From Obrimoposthia wandeli (taxonomy: Eukaryota): a stretch of DNA of 64,000 bases. The number at the start of each line of letters is the position of its first letter. Position 1 is the first letter of the stretch. Below the pieces are notes generated by a model that saw only the letters and a list, made by a program, of their open reading frames with translations, made no database searches and was not told the DNA's origin. The stretch is from NCBI GenBank assembly GCA_977020255.1, contig CDROCS010002432.1:124001-188000 (forward strand), written 5' to 3'. Both the position numbers and the translations under genes were made by a program. Shown piece after piece: positions 19,287 through 31,482 of the stretch.

Positions 19287-19306
19287 ACTAATCATTGATG
19301 AGATAT

Positions 19307-19334
19307 AAAAAAGAGCGCTTAAGCGCTCTTTTTT
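19307..19334. terminator. Bidirectional terminator between convergent folA and MCP gene
   Basis: AAAAAAGAGCGC-TTAA-GCGCTCTTTTTT. Confidence 0.9.
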
Positions 19335-19361
19335 ATTTGATAGACTTTAGTTAAGGAATAA

Positions 19362-21380
19362 CTAAAGTTTAAACTCTCGTACTGATTGTTGTAACTCTTC
19401 AGCTAAGCGTGCTACTTCGCTGCTTGACTCGGCTGTTTGTTGTGAGCCAGCAGTGGTTTGCTCAGCAATGGCAACAATAGACTCCAAGTTTTCACTTATT
19501 TCGTGAGCTACAACACTTTGTTCTTCAGCAGCGGTGGCAATTTGTGAACTACGATCAAAAGCTTCATGTACTGCATGTGTAATAGTATCAAGCGCTTTTT
19601 CAGCTTCAACACTTTGCTCTACACAGTTGGTTGCTTGTTGTTTACCTGCATCCATCACTGAAACTGCTTTTTCAGCACCGCCTTGAAGCACTTCAATCAT
19701 GTTTTGAATCTCTTGGGTAGAGACTTGCGTGCGACTTGCTAGTGTTCTTACTTCATCAGCAACAACAGCAAAGCCTCGGCCATGCTCACCAGCACGAGCG
19801 GCTTCTATCGCAGCATTGAGTGCTAGTAGATTGGTTTGGTCTGCAATGCTTCTAATGACATCGAGAATGCCACCAATTGACGCACTATCTTGTTGTAGTT
19901 TATTGATAACTTGTGAGGCAGACTCTACTTCATTAGCGAGTAGCTCGATAGTCTCACGGTTACGGCTAGAAATAATTTTAACACGTTCCGCTTCGTCATC
20001 TGCTTGTTTAATTTCGCCTAAGGCATCATTAGCGCTAGACAATACGCTATGCGCTGTACTACTCATTTCTGTTGTTGCCGACGCTGCTTGTTCTACTTGT
20101 GTGCGTTGCTCATTAATTGCCGTTGTGCTTTGTGCTGTTACAGCTGAGGTTTCTTCGGCAGCTGTTGCTAACTGAGTTGAGCGACTCACAATACTTTGAA
20201 TTAAATTTCTTAAGCTATCAATTAACAAATTGCAGTTACGTGAAAGTTGCGCAAATTCATCATTACCGCTTTCATCTAATTTACGAGACAAATCACCAGA
20301 AGCAACCACATTCAGCATTTCGTTTACGCGGTGTAATGGGCGGGTAATACTCGTGAGAGTTATCCAGGCAATTATAATAGCCGAAACAATCGAAATTAAA
20401 GTAATTAGAAAGGTGTTGCGTGTGCCATCAGATACCGACTCTTTAACTAAAGCACCCGTTTCTATAGTCGTTTTATTAGCTAAATCTACTTGTGTAGCTA
20501 ATATTGCATTCGCGCTGCTTATCCCATCTTCAGCGGCTTTCAAGCTAACCGTTGCTGCTGCGATTGCATTTAGCTGATTTGTTTTATTGATAAAAATGTT
20601 ATTACTACCAGTAATATAACCTTGCAGATCAGAAAAACTATCAGTCAACTCATCAGATATATCAGTCATACCTTGTAAGTTAAGTTCATTAACAACGTCA
20701 TTAACTGATTTTTCAATATCATTGAAAGCATTTTCAATTTCACTAGCCACTAACTCTGCTGATTGCAGATCTTTAACCTCACGAAACTCAAAAGAAGAAC
20801 TAACAATACTATTAAGTAAAGTCTCTAAACGCTCAGCTAAACTTACCGCACGTTGTAATGTTGTAGAAGCAAGTTCATGATCCCCCAAGTCCAATAAAAC
20901 AGTTGCGGTGTCATCTGCTTTTTCTTCAATAATATCTATTTTATCGATTAGAGCTAGACGTTGTTCTATCGCTGTTTTTCGATTACTGAGAACGTTACTG
21001 ATAGCATTTTCTAAATTATCGTAAACCGTATCGACTTCACGTAGGTTCTCAATCAAGCTGGTTTCTTCTTGTACAATGCTTTTCAGATTTTTTAACTGTG
21101 CCCTGAAATCACTTTTATTTTCATCAAAAGCAAGTTGGTTTTCGGCAAGAGGGGGAAGGGCTGTTTGGTAATAAGCACGAAGTGTTAAGTTGCCAATGCC
21201 TGTTAAATCGGTCGCTAACTTGTTACTTCCTTTTAATGTTGGTATCGCAAGTTCATTTTGCTGTTTTGTGGCGCTGTCAATAGTATCTAAACTACTCCAT
21301 GATATTACGCTAGTTAAAATAAGTAAAAGTGAAATAATGGTAAAGCCACCAATTATCTTCATTGCTACTGTTAATTTCAT
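19362..21380 (-). CDS. Methyl-accepting chemotaxis protein (large helical periplasmic sensor, HAMP)
   Basis: Two TM segments, [38 protein letters not shown] hairpin. Confidence 0.95.
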   Translation of the reverse strand: MKLTVAMKIIGGFTIISLLLILTSVISWSSLDTIDSATKQQNELAIPTLKGSNKLATDLTGIGNLTLRAYYQTALPPLAENQLAFDENKSDFRAQLKNLKSIVQEETSLIENLREVDTVYDNLENAISNVLSNRKTAIEQRLALIDKIDIIEEKADDTATVLLDLGDHELASTTLQRAVSLAERLETLLNSIVSSSFEFREVKDLQSAELVASEIENAFNDIEKSVNDVVNELNLQGMTDISDELTDSFSDLQGYITGSNNIFINKTNQLNAIAAATVSLKAAEDGISSANAILATQVDLANKTTIETGALVKESVSDGTRNTFLITLISIVSAIIIAWITLTSITRPLHRVNEMLNVVASGDLSRKLDESGNDEFAQLSRNCNLLIDSLRNLIQSIVSRSTQLATAAEETSAVTAQSTTAINEQRTQVEQAASATTEMSSTAHSVLSSANDALGEIKQADDEAERVKIISSRNRETIELLANEVESASQVINKLQQDSASIGGILDVIRSIADQTNLLALNAAIEAARAGEHGRGFAVVADEVRTLASRTQVSTQEIQNMIEVLQGGAEKAVSVMDAGKQQATNCVEQSVEAEKALDTITHAVHEAFDRSSQIATAAEEQSVVAHEISENLESIVAIAEQTTAGSQQTAESSSEVARLAEELQQSVREFKL

Positions 21381-21558
21381 AGATCCCACCAATATGTAAA
21401 TTAAATTATGTATAGATTATCAGCTCAATAATAAGCGTTATTATTGATGTGAGTCACCATTAATTATTATTAGACTACAAAGGAAAACAGATAAGTCTTT
21501 TCATTAGTATAACAAGCTGAGTTACTTTTGAAACCTATGTCTGTCTTATCTTGATTTT

Positions 21559-22380
21559 TTATCTTACCTTACTTTTATGTGATTGTTCTGTAAATAGCTT
21601 TTTATCATGCCATCTTAACATTGTGAGGTGCTGCCCCCAAACGCAGCCAGTATCAAGAGCGTGAATATTATCGTATGAGCAAACACCCATCAAAGCCGCC
21701 CAGTGACCAAATACCCATTGGGTATTCTTTTTAATATGCTTAAACTCAAACCAAGGAGCTAAATTTTTAGCTGCATCATTAGGGTTGTCTTTGCAGGTGA
21801 AATTTAAACTACCGTCAGTGTAGCAATATCGCATTCGGGTAAGCGAATTAATGGTAAACCTAAAACGGCTTAGCTCATCATCTGCATCTGTCCAACTTGT
21901 TGGTTGTTCTCCATACATATTACTTAACCAATGCGAGCCAGCGGAAGAGTTTAAATACTGTTGCGCTATTGTCGCTTGTATAAGTGCAGTTTCAGGAGTC
22001 CACTGAGGTGATAACCCAGCGTGACTCATATAGGTTTCTTCATCAGGTAGTTTTTGGATAAGGGGCTGTTGAATTAACCAGTCCATTAATGGCGCAACGT
22101 CAGGAGCTGACAATAATGGGCCTAGTAAGTCCTGAGCTTTTACTTTTTTGATACCGTGATAAACGGACAGTAAATGTAGATCATGATTACCTAATACTAC
22201 CTTGGCATTATTATTTAGCGACTTAATGAATCGTAAGGTTTCAAGAGAATTTGGCCCTCGGGCAACTAAGTCACCAGCAACATAAAGTTGGTCGTTATTA
22301 GATGAAAAGCCAACTTTCGTTAATAAAGCATCTAGTTCGCTATAACAGCCCTGAATATCACCAACAAAATAGACTGTCAT
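21559..22380 (-). CDS. apaH: Symmetrical bis(5'-nucleosyl)-tetraphosphatase
   Basis: GDIQGC, GDLVARGP, LGNHD, FGHWA, LDTGCVWG. Confidence 0.95.
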   Translation of the reverse strand: MTVYFVGDIQGCYSELDALLTKVGFSSNNDQLYVAGDLVARGPNSLETLRFIKSLNNNAKVVLGNHDLHLLSVYHGIKKVKAQDLLGPLLSAPDVAPLMDWLIQQPLIQKLPDEETYMSHAGLSPQWTPETALIQATIAQQYLNSSAGSHWLSNMYGEQPTSWTDADDELSRFRFTINSLTRMRYCYTDGSLNFTCKDNPNDAAKNLAPWFEFKHIKKNTQWVFGHWAALMGVCSYDNIHALDTGCVWGQHLTMLRWHDKKLFTEQSHKSKVR

Positions 22381-22389
22381 AAACCTGCT

Positions 22390-22782
22390 CTAATTTAATA
22401 TGTTGGGTTTTGCTAAACGAAATACCGGGATATCAACCTGAATCAATTTTGCCGAACTTGTTTGCATTTGATAATGCCCTTGCATATTGCCTAAGGGAGA
22501 CTTTAATAAACAACCGCTGCTATAAGTAAAACTTTCGTTGACCTTAATATAAGGCTGTTGACCAATAACACCATCACCAGATACTTCGCTGGTGTCGCCA
22601 TTCGCATCTGTAATCAACCAATAACGGCTTAAAAGTTGGACTGCTTCAGCGCTATTGTTGGTAATAGTAATGGTATAACTGAAAACAAATTGTTGCTCAG
22701 CCTCAACAGATTGCTGAGCAATGTATTGGCTAACAACTGACACCGAAACGTCAGTTGTTAACATCGTACTTTCATCATTCAT
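22390..22782 (-). CDS. apaG: ApaG protein
   Basis: [20 protein letters not shown]. Confidence 0.95.
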   Translation of the reverse strand: MNDESTMLTTDVSVSVVSQYIAQQSVEAEQQFVFSYTITITNNSAEAVQLLSRYWLITDANGDTSEVSGDGVIGQQPYIKVNESFTYSSGCLLKSPLGNMQGHYQMQTSSAKLIQVDIPVFRLAKPNILN

Positions 22783-23596
22783 CGTTAGTTTCTATCGGAT
22801 TATCAGTGACAAAATTCGCTAACATAACAAAATCTGCTAACGATAAGTTTTCAGGACGTAAGCCAGGATCAATACCTAACTGTTCTAGTTGCTCAGCAGA
22901 AATTAATTTTTTGAAACTATTACGTATTGTTTTTCGGCGCTGGTTGAATGCAGCTAAACACACTTTATTGAGTGAGTTAATATCTTTCACTGGGTTTTTA
23001 ATGGTTTTATGTGGTATCAACCTGACAATAGCAGAGTCCACTTTAGGTGCTGGTTTGAAAGCTTCAGGACCTATTTCCATAACCGGGATAACTTGACATT
23101 GGTACTGTGTCATTATTGATAAACGACCATAAGCTTTACAGTTTTCACCGGAAGCCATGCGCTGCACAACTTCTTTCTGCAGCATAAAGTGCATGTCTTT
23201 TACTTTGTCTTTAAAGGTCAGTAAGTGAAAAATAAGCGGTGTCGAAATGTTATATGGCAAGTTACCAAAAATACGTAACGGCTTTTCATCACTCGCTAAC
23301 TGTGAAAAATCGAATTTTAAAGCATCTTCTTCATAAATAGTTAACTTTGGTGCTAAAAATGGATGATGACGTAGTCTGTGTGCTAAATCTCTGTCGAGTT
23401 CGACTACGCTTAGTTGACCTGCTCGATCGACTACAGGCTCAGTTAGAGCACCTAATCCAGGGCCGATCTCAACTAAATTTTCATTTGGCTCTGGATTAAT
23501 AACGTCAACAATATTACTGATAATAGCGTCGTTATGTAAAAAGTTTTGTCCAAAGCGTTTCTTAGCTTGATGACCTAAATGGGAATTTTTACTCAT
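22775..23596 (-). CDS. rsmA: 16S rRNA m6(2)A dimethyltransferase (KsgA)
   Basis: [25 protein letters not shown]. Confidence 0.97.
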   Translation of the reverse strand: MSKNSHLGHQAKKRFGQNFLHNDAIISNIVDVINPEPNENLVEIGPGLGALTEPVVDRAGQLSVVELDRDLAHRLRHHPFLAPKLTIYEEDALKFDFSQLASDEKPLRIFGNLPYNISTPLIFHLLTFKDKVKDMHFMLQKEVVQRMASGENCKAYGRLSIMTQYQCQVIPVMEIGPEAFKPAPKVDSAIVRLIPHKTIKNPVKDINSLNKVCLAAFNQRRKTIRNSFKKLISAEQLEQLGIDPGLRPENLSLADFVMLANFVTDNPIETNDE

Positions 23597-23619
23597 AGTT
23601 TATTTTTGCTCGATTAATC

Positions 23620-24603
23620 TTATGCTTGATTGTTAGCTAATGATATTGCGCTGTTGATGGCTTCATTAAAGCTGCCAACATCAGCGGTACCGGTACCCGC
23701 TAAATCTAAAGCGGTACCGTGATCAACAGATGTTCTAATAAATGGTAGTCCAAGGGTTATATTGACTGATGCGCCAAAACCTTTGAATTTCAATACGGGT
23801 AACCCTTGATCATGAAACATACTTAAAATGGCATCTGCTTCATCCAAGTATTTTGCTTGAAAAATCGTGTCAGCAGGCAGTGGGCCAATAAGATCCATGC
23901 CTTCTAGGCGTAATTCATCTAAAGCAGGGATCATAACATCTATCTCTTCACGTCCGAGATGTCCGTCTTCACCGGCATGTGGGTTTATACCACAAACATA
24001 TATTTTCGGATTTGGGATGCCAAATTTATCAATCAAATCTCGATGTAATATGCGGGTTACTTTCTGTAGTCTTTCCCGAGTAATAGCTTTAGAAACATAA
24101 GCTAAAGGAATATGCGTGGTTACTAGCGCGACTCTTAACCCTTCTGTTGCTAGCATCATGACGACGTCAGAACAATTTGCCTGATGAGCAAAATATTCAG
24201 TGTGGCCGCTAAACGCTATGCCGGCTTTATTTATTAACCCTTTGTGCACAGGGCCAGTAACGACAGCATCAAACTCACCAGAGATATTTTTTTCACTGGC
24301 AACACGCAAAGTTTCAACGACATAATGGCCGTTATTAACGTTAAGAATGCCAGGTTGACAAATATCATCTAACTCAACAGGCAGCACAATCAGCGTGCCT
24401 GCTTTGTGAGCTTTTACTGGGCCATCAGCATCATATAATTCAATGTTTAATGGTAAGTTCAATAGTTTTGCTCTTGAACTTAATAACTCAGCAGAAGCGA
24501 CAGCCACAATTTGAGTTGGCCAATCTTGTTGCGCTATTTGTATCAACAGATCAGGGCCGACACCTGCTGGCTCTCCTGGCGTTATTGCAATTCTTTTTAA
24601 CAC
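23620..24603 (-). CDS. pdxA: 4-hydroxythreonine-4-phosphate dehydrogenase
   Basis: [32 protein letters not shown]. Confidence 0.96.
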   Translation of the reverse strand: MLKRIAITPGEPAGVGPDLLIQIAQQDWPTQIVAVASAELLSSRAKLLNLPLNIELYDADGPVKAHKAGTLIVLPVELDDICQPGILNVNNGHYVVETLRVASEKNISGEFDAVVTGPVHKGLINKAGIAFSGHTEYFAHQANCSDVVMMLATEGLRVALVTTHIPLAYVSKAITRERLQKVTRILHRDLIDKFGIPNPKIYVCGINPHAGEDGHLGREEIDVMIPALDELRLEGMDLIGPLPADTIFQAKYLDEADAILSMFHDQGLPVLKFKGFGASVNITLGLPFIRTSVDHGTALDLAGTGTADVGSFNEAINSAISLANNQA

Positions 24604-25901
24604 TATTTTTTTTCCACTTCGAGTATTTCTATGTAGGCTTCATCACGTAACTCTTTAATCCAACGCGCACCTTCCATACCAAATTGACGGTTGTAAAGTA
24701 ACTGATAAGCGCGACTTTCGTTCATTTGCTCAGTGGCATCTTGAATTCTTCGACCGGTTAATTTAGCAATATGCCAGCCAAATGATGAACGAAATGGCTT
24801 ATGCACTTCATCAATATCCAAACTAGCCAAAGCTTCTGAGAACGCAGGGTCGTATTTAGTTGGATCTGACCAACCTAAATCACCGCCTCGCACTGATGTT
24901 GGTCCATCAGAATGTTTTTTCGCTAGTTCAGCAAAGTCAGCTCCAGCATCTAGTTGGTCGAGTAAATCTTGCAATAAAGCTTGAGCTTTTGCTTCACTAA
25001 GTATTATTGAAGGTTCAATCAAAATATGGCTTGCTTTGACTTCTTCAACCTCCATGGTTTGGCGACCACGAACATCAACCAACTTTACGATACTAAAACC
25101 TAAACCGGTACGGATTGGACCAAAGATACTACCCTTTGTTTGCCCATCTACTAATTCAGAGAACAAAGTCGGTATTTCATTGATGCTCTTCCAGCCTAAA
25201 TCACCACCTTCTAGTGCGTTCGCGCCGCTAGATGAGGTCATAGCAATGTTAGTAAAGTCGCTACCATTATTTAATAACTCAAGTACTTTATCGGCACGTA
25301 TTTTAGCGTCATTAATATCACTTTGTTTTGGATTTGTTGGAAATTCTATTAAAATATGCCCCAGTCGATATTCTACATCAGCATTAGTTTGTTCTTTCAT
25401 TACTGATAATAGATTGATGATTTCTTGAGGTGAAACGTAAATACGACGGCGTAAACTGGCACGACGCACTTCGCCAGAAATAAGTTCATTACGTACATTT
25501 TCTCGATATCTTTCATAATCTAGGCCGTCAGAAACAAGCGCTTGACGAAATGCATCAAGTGATTGATTGTCCTCTTTAGCCATATTCGATAGCGTTTCAT
25601 CTAGTTGGGCATCACTGATTTGAACACCCATGCGATCACCTAACTGTAATATTACGCTGTCATTAATTAATTTTTCCATTACTTGAACTCGTAATGCTCG
25701 TTCAGATGGCAATGCCTTGTTATTTTTTTTTGCTTGTAAGGTGACTGAAGTGATGAGATCTTTTATTTCAGACTCTAAAACGACACTGCTATTAACGATA
25801 ACAGCGACTCGGTCTAGCTCAACTTCAGCAGCGAAAGCTTGCCCAATAGAGCCAAAACCAAGTACCGAACCAAGAAGTAATAATTTCAATGAATTTTTCA
25901 T
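24603..25901 (-). CDS. surA: Periplasmic chaperone/PPIase SurA
   Basis: LDRVAVIVN, two parvulin domains (GGDLGW); start moved to ATG 25901 (MKNSLK, signal peptide). Confidence 0.94.
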   Translation of the reverse strand: MKNSLKLLLLGSVLGFGSIGQAFAAEVELDRVAVIVNSSVVLESEIKDLITSVTLQAKKNNKALPSERALRVQVMEKLINDSVILQLGDRMGVQISDAQLDETLSNMAKEDNQSLDAFRQALVSDGLDYERYRENVRNELISGEVRRASLRRRIYVSPQEIINLLSVMKEQTNADVEYRLGHILIEFPTNPKQSDINDAKIRADKVLELLNNGSDFTNIAMTSSSGANALEGGDLGWKSINEIPTLFSELVDGQTKGSIFGPIRTGLGFSIVKLVDVRGRQTMEVEEVKASHILIEPSIILSEAKAQALLQDLLDQLDAGADFAELAKKHSDGPTSVRGGDLGWSDPTKYDPAFSEALASLDIDEVHKPFRSSFGWHIAKLTGRRIQDATEQMNESRAYQLLYNRQFGMEGARWIKELRDEAYIEILEVEKK

Positions 25902-25920
25902 GTAACGTAAATTTCTTTTA

Positions 25921-28197
25921 TTAGTTATTGAGGAAGTAAGGGCGTTTATAGCCGAATATACTCGAATTAAACATATCTCCAACACTGTTGGAAGGTTTGT
26001 TGCTATTTATACCATTATATACAAATTGAATGTTAAAACTGCTGTCAAATGCATCACGATTGTCATCTATATTGCCGATTTCGTCTATTTTTGAGTTAAT
26101 GTTGCGATGATACGTAAAACGAATTCCCCAACAACAACTACTATATTCGAGTCCTGCGTAACTTTCTATGCTTCGCTTGCCTTGTAAGTCTTGTGTAAAA
26201 CGACCCACAAGTTGCCATTGCTGAGCAATCTTAACATTTGTTGCCATTGACACTTGTTCTAATGTCTCTCCTGAGACATCGCGAGCATATCGATGGTTCA
26301 ATTGAATTGTTTGATTGTTGGAAAATAAATAATCAATGGTGGTTTGGCTTTTATTTGTCTCACGAGAATCCGTATTGTATTGAATATCTGAGCTAAACTG
26401 CCAATCAGGACTTAGATGCACAAATATGTCGGCAGCAAGTGCCGATTTATCAACTAAAGTGTCTTGCCCGCTGCTGTTGAAATTGCTCTCATTAAAATAA
26501 ACGATACGACCTAAACTAAAACGTAGTACTTCATTATTTTCTTCAGTTAATAACCGACTTGTGACCCCCCAAGATACTTGGTTGGCTTGTGCTATACGAT
26601 CGATACCACTAAAGCGGCGATCGCGAAATAAGCCATTGTAATCATCTTGTAAGTTTGTGGTATCGTAAATGCCGATATTGTCTTGGTCTTTTTCAGGGAT
26701 ATAAAGATATTGTAACTGTGGCTCTAATGTTTGACGATAACCGCTATTAAATAAAGTCAAATCTCGATCAAAATTTACACCACCATGCAAACGTACCTTA
26801 GGTAAAGTTCTGCTAACATTTTTTTCTAATAGCGGATCATTATTGAGATTAGTTTGATGATAATTAGTTTGGAGTACTTTAAGTTCAGAGTTTACAAACC
26901 ATGCCGGAGTTGCAATAGGGTAAAGTAAGCCTGCTTCTACATGATATCGCTGCGCGGTTGGTTTGGTTTTATCTGCGCTGTCAAAACTTGATAACTCAGA
27001 ATAAATGTCAATAATACCGTCAAAGTCATCTAGTTTTTGCTGACGACTAATCTCTATTTGCGGTAAGGTTTTATAGCTGCGTTGATGGTTACCTAATACT
27101 TCAAAATCTTGTAGTTTTAGCCTCGTTTGCCAGTTTTCAGCAAAATAAGCAATTTCACCTACTTGGTATAAGTAAGAGTCATTATCATTAAACTGGCTGC
27201 TACCTAAATCCACTAGGTAGTTATCATCACTGATTGTCGTGTAATCGACATGAGCTCTAAAACGTTCTGCAAAAGTACCGACATGCTGAAAACGTGCTAA
27301 ATATCGAGCATCATTATTAGTTAGTTTTTTATCTTTATTAAGATATTCAATATCAACTTTACCAGATTGAAAACCCTGCATATATCTATATTCAGCGATA
27401 AGTTGTGTGCCTCTTTCTGACATGTAGCGCGGTGTAATTGTCGCATCCATATCTGAGGCAATATTAATATAATACGGTGTCTCTATTTCTATGCCGGAAT
27501 TATTTGAGCTGCTAATCGTTGGGTATAAAAAACCAGATTGTCGATCGTTACCTATCGGCATAGTCAAATAAGGCACATACAAAACGGGTATGTCAAAAAG
27601 CGTAAAACGAGCGTGATAAGCTTCTAATGATTTTTCATCTGATGAAATGTTAATTTCACTGGCGTGCATTTGCCAATCAGGTACTGCGCCATAACAGGTT
27701 GTAAAGCTTGAGTCAGTAAAGCTTAAGGTTTCGCCATTACCATCAATATTAATTTTTTTCGCACTACCATGACCAGCAGAACCATTTAACTGATATGAAG
27801 TGGTGGTAAGCGAGGTTGTTTTTTGTAGTTGATTGATATTCAACGAGTCAGCAAAAATATCGATACCACTATTCTGAAAGTGAATATCGCCACTTGCATT
27901 AACTGTTGATGTGGTGCGATTAACCGATAATTGATCAGCAACAACAGATTTATCTTGGTTTAATAAAGTAACGCCACCAGTAAAGTTGGCATATTCACCT
28001 TTTTTTATGCTAGAAGTGGACGATAAAATAGTAAAGTTTTCGTTTACTTCTTTACCCGTTTTCCTCGCAATATTAGCATAACTTGGGATCGGACATTGAA
28101 CCGCAATATTTTTATTTGTTTCAGTATTTTGCGCGTTGCTGGTAAAAGTACAAGGCAACAGAAAGACAAGGGAAATTTTATTTAAGGGAAAACGCAT
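25921..28197 (-). CDS. lptD: LPS-assembly protein LptD
   Basis: SFTTC, RQSGFLYP, PYY.NIA...D.T.TP, QTLEP.LQYLY, CCWG; upstream of surA. Confidence 0.95.
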   Translation of the reverse strand: MRFPLNKISLVFLLPCTFTSNAQNTETNKNIAVQCPIPSYANIARKTGKEVNENFTILSSTSSIKKGEYANFTGGVTLLNQDKSVVADQLSVNRTTSTVNASGDIHFQNSGIDIFADSLNINQLQKTTSLTTTSYQLNGSAGHGSAKKINIDGNGETLSFTDSSFTTCYGAVPDWQMHASEINISSDEKSLEAYHARFTLFDIPVLYVPYLTMPIGNDRQSGFLYPTISSSNNSGIEIETPYYINIASDMDATITPRYMSERGTQLIAEYRYMQGFQSGKVDIEYLNKDKKLTNNDARYLARFQHVGTFAERFRAHVDYTTISDDNYLVDLGSSQFNDNDSYLYQVGEIAYFAENWQTRLKLQDFEVLGNHQRSYKTLPQIEISRQQKLDDFDGIIDIYSELSSFDSADKTKPTAQRYHVEAGLLYPIATPAWFVNSELKVLQTNYHQTNLNNDPLLEKNVSRTLPKVRLHGGVNFDRDLTLFNSGYRQTLEPQLQYLYIPEKDQDNIGIYDTTNLQDDYNGLFRDRRFSGIDRIAQANQVSWGVTSRLLTEENNEVLRFSLGRIVYFNESNFNSSGQDTLVDKSALAADIFVHLSPDWQFSSDIQYNTDSRETNKSQTTIDYLFSNNQTIQLNHRYARDVSGETLEQVSMATNVKIAQQWQLVGRFTQDLQGKRSIESYAGLEYSSCCWGIRFTYHRNINSKIDEIGNIDDNRDAFDSSFNIQFVYNGINSNKPSNSVGDMFNSSIFGYKRPYFLNN

Positions 28198-28645
28198 TTA
28201 TGGTCCGGATAATTAACTTTAAAAAATAAAAAGCCTAGATTCAGAGCGGCATTTTACCGCTAAAGGCTATAATAATATAGCAATTTTCATTGACCTGCTA
28301 ATTAGTTATACTGAAACCATTTTCAATGACATAATTCATTGAGCTATAGCCGCTGCATATGTGCGGCACTAAATTAAAGTAATGTGAATGATAAATGACG
28401 GTTGTTTTATTTTAACACACTGATAAAAAAGATGAATAGTTTGATTCGTTTGTCAGTATTGAAATGAATTTTTTGGTGAGTTATTTATATTTTACTTTCG
28501 AAACTACTCTCGAAAACAGAAACTAAGTCATGAATATAACTTTTGTTTTTTAAGGTTACCCTGATATGTCTCATTCACTTACTCTTGGTAATACTTTAAA
28601 GTTACTTGCGTTGAACACTATTATTATTTCTAGAGAACTCACCTA

Positions 28646-29650
28646 TTGAATAATTTAAGAACTACAGAACTATTACGTTGGCTAGCTTGTCACTTCCCAG
28701 ATCAAAGTATTAGCTTAGCACCGCTCACCGGAGATGCAGGCTTTAGATGCTACTTTCGCTTTCAATACCAAAATCGGCACTATATTGCCGTCGATGCACC
28801 TGCGGATTTATCCAATAACCTCGCCTTTATAAAGGTACAGAGTATTCTCTTCGAGCAGAGTGTTACGGTCCCCGAAATTATTGCCGCAGATCTTGAACAG
28901 GGCTTTCTTTGTTTAAGTGATTTCGGTGATAATTTACTTGCTGACAAGATTTCTAGAGAAAATATGCAGCAATACTATGGTAAAGCTATAACTGAACTGG
29001 AAAAAATGCTGCAATGCAAAACCTCATTAGTTGAGACTTTACCGCATTACGATGCAGCATTTATTGCAACGGAATTGGCGATATTTAATGATTGGTTATT
29101 AGAGAAACACCTAAACATTCATTTGAGTGCAGAAGAAAAAAGTAAACTTAATGGGTGTTTTGATGTCTTAGTTTCAGCATTAACTGAACAACCTAAAGTC
29201 TTTATGCATCGTGATTATCATAGCCGTAATATTATGCTATTAGACGATGATAAACTTGGCATTATTGATTTTCAAGATGCTGTGCAGGGCCCTGTTATTT
29301 ATGATCTGGTGTCGTTACTTCGAGATTGCTACGTACGCTGGCCGAATGAATTATTAACACCACTAATTGAGGGCTATCGTCAAAGGGTGCAAGGCCAGCT
29401 ACCTGATGAAAACTTAACGCAAGAAAAGTGGCAATATTGGTTTGATTTAACGGGCTTACAACGCCATATCAAGGCAAGTGGTATCTTTGCTCGTTTGCAT
29501 CATAGAGATAATAAGTCAGGTTATTTAGTCGATATACCACTCACTTTATCTTATATACAAGATGTTAGTCGACAATATGATAAACTCGATTTTCTACATG
29601 ACTTAGTCACTAATCGCGTAATTCCTGCTTTAAATGCAGCAGATAAATGA
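28646..29650 (+). CDS. amgK: MurNAc/GlcNAc kinase AmgK
   Basis: GDAGFR.YFR, HRDYHSRN, IDFQDA, QRHIKA.GIFARL; upstream of murU; TTG start. Confidence 0.88.
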   Translation: MNNLRTTELLRWLACHFPDQSISLAPLTGDAGFRCYFRFQYQNRHYIAVDAPADLSNNLAFIKVQSILFEQSVTVPEIIAADLEQGFLCLSDFGDNLLADKISRENMQQYYGKAITELEKMLQCKTSLVETLPHYDAAFIATELAIFNDWLLEKHLNIHLSAEEKSKLNGCFDVLVSALTEQPKVFMHRDYHSRNIMLLDDDKLGIIDFQDAVQGPVIYDLVSLLRDCYVRWPNELLTPLIEGYRQRVQGQLPDENLTQEKWQYWFDLTGLQRHIKASGIFARLHHRDNKSGYLVDIPLTLSYIQDVSRQYDKLDFLHDLVTNRVIPALNAADK

Positions 29651-29719
29651 AGTTAGAGTTGTTGCCAATATTATGGTGATAGAGATCAGGTGTTTTTTTA
29701 TTAAATTTAGGTTTTTTTC

Positions 29720-30427
29720 ATGAAAGCAATGATATTAGCAGCAGGGCGTGGTGCACGCATGAGGCCGCTAACAGACAGTTGTCCTAAGCCATTGTTAAAA
29801 GTTCAAGGCTTGCCACTGATTGAGCACCACATTAGAAATTTAGTGGCAGCAGGTATTGAAGATATTGTTATAAATCACGCTTGGCTAGGTGAGCAGATTG
29901 TCGCTTATCTTGGAAGTGGCAAGCAGTTTTCAGCTAATATTAACTACAGTGAAGAGTCTGTAGCGTTGGAAACGGCAGGAGGGATCATTAATGCGCTTGA
30001 TCTGCTAGCTGAACAAGATGATGACGTGTTTTTGGTGATTAATGGCGATATTTTTTGCGATTTTGATTTAACAAGTTTACCGACATTAAAAGCCGAATGT
30101 AATGCGCACTTAGTCTTAGTTGAAAATCCTGAGCATAACCCAAAGGGAGACTTTCAATTGGCAGCAGGCATGTTGATGAACCGAAAAAAAAATCAACAAG
30201 CTTCTTATACTTTTAGTGGTATTGCACTTTATCGAAAAAGTTTTTTTAAGCAATATGATGAAAATACAGCAACAGATAACAATAAATTGCTACAACCTGC
30301 AGTACAGCCTTTAGCTCCTATGTTGAGAGCGGCTGCAGAACAACAAACCGTATCAGCAACTATCATGAAAAATGCATGGACTGATGTTGGTACGCCTGAG
30401 CGTTTAGCTAAGCTAAATGCTATTTAA
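29720..30427 (+). CDS. murU: N-acetylmuramate alpha-1-phosphate uridylyltransferase MurU
   Basis: MKAMILAAGRGARMRPLTD..PKPLL, LETAGGI, WTDVGTPERL. Confidence 0.9.
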   Translation: MKAMILAAGRGARMRPLTDSCPKPLLKVQGLPLIEHHIRNLVAAGIEDIVINHAWLGEQIVAYLGSGKQFSANINYSEESVALETAGGIINALDLLAEQDDDVFLVINGDIFCDFDLTSLPTLKAECNAHLVLVENPEHNPKGDFQLAAGMLMNRKKNQQASYTFSGIALYRKSFFKQYDENTATDNNKLLQPAVQPLAPMLRAAAEQQTVSATIMKNAWTDVGTPERLAKLNAI

Positions 30428-30453
30428 ATAGTTATTAATTATTGAGTTTCACG

Positions 30454-31263
30454 ATGCGAATTTGGGGTAAGGTTTTAGGTTTTTTATTTGGTTTCATGCT
30501 GAGTAAGAATATTTTTGGTGCATTAATAGGAGCATGGATTGGTCATCGCTTTGATAAAGGTATTGGGTTAGATTTTAGTAATTTAGGTAGCGCTAAAAGT
30601 GATACTGACCGCCAGGCGGCATTTTTTTATAGTACTTTTTCAGTCATGGGGTACATCGCAAAGGCCAACGGACAAGTTAGCCAGCATGAAATAGCGTTCG
30701 CCACCGCTTACATGGATAAACTGGGTTTAAAAGGCGCGTTACGCCAACAAGCTCAAGAAGCTTTCAGAGATGGAAAAACAACAGGTTTTCCTCTGGATGA
30801 AAGGCTGGCTAAGTTAAAGTCTGCTGTTGGAAATCGCCAGGATTTATTATTATTATTTCTGGAAATTCAAATTCAAGTGGCATTTGCTGACGGGAGCTTG
30901 GATGAAGATGAACGTGAAGCATTACATAATATAGCTAATGGTTTAGGTTATTCCGCCAAAGAGTTAGATAAATTACTCGAAATGATCATTGCTGGTGCTA
31001 GCTTCCATCAACATGGTCAGAGTGGACGAAATAACACTTTTGAGTCATCAGGCAAACATCTAGAAAATGCTTACAAAGTGTTAGGTGTTACAGATAAGAG
31101 CTCAGCGAGTGAGATCAAAAAAGCTTACCGTAAATTGATGTCACAACATCACCCTGATAAATTAGTTGCGAAAGGTTTACCACCAGAAATGATGGAAACA
31201 GCTAAGCAGAAAACACAAGATATTCAGGCTGCATACGAACTCATCACCGCTCAAAATAAGTAA
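30454..31263 (+). CDS. djlA: Co-chaperone DjlA
   Basis: MRIWGK N-terminal TM, TerB-like middle, C-terminal J domain (HHPDK). Confidence 0.93.
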   Translation: MRIWGKVLGFLFGFMLSKNIFGALIGAWIGHRFDKGIGLDFSNLGSAKSDTDRQAAFFYSTFSVMGYIAKANGQVSQHEIAFATAYMDKLGLKGALRQQAQEAFRDGKTTGFPLDERLAKLKSAVGNRQDLLLLFLEIQIQVAFADGSLDEDEREALHNIANGLGYSAKELDKLLEMIIAGASFHQHGQSGRNNTFESSGKHLENAYKVLGVTDKSSASEIKKAYRKLMSQHHPDKLVAKGLPPEMMETAKQKTQDIQAAYELITAQNK

Positions 31264-31304
31264 TAGATAAGTAATAGATAAGTGATAGATAAGTGATAGA
31301 TAAG
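31256..31304 (+). repeat. 11-bp tandem repeat ATAAGT(A/G)ATAG x4.5 across the djlA stop
   Basis: ATAAGTAATAG ATAAGTAATAG ATAAGTGATAG ATAAGTGATAG ATAAG. Confidence 0.9.
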
Positions 31305-31482
31305 AGAATGCTAAAGTTATCGTTATATTAACGTTATAGGGTCAGCAGTCATTATTTGAAGCCAAGTTGCGTTAAAAGTACAATTTAATGTGTTAAACAA
31401 CATTAGCTTTGCTTGCAAGGGAAGTTGTAACTCGCGTACACTAATGTCGAATTTTATTTATTCATCCATTTAGGTAGCACAA

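Noticed and set aside
31314-31340. Zur box upstream of the metal operon (CGTTA-TAT-TAACG)
   Set aside because: Palindrome spacing does not fit the TGTTATA-N-TATAACA Zur consensus; could be an operator but I cannot assign it.
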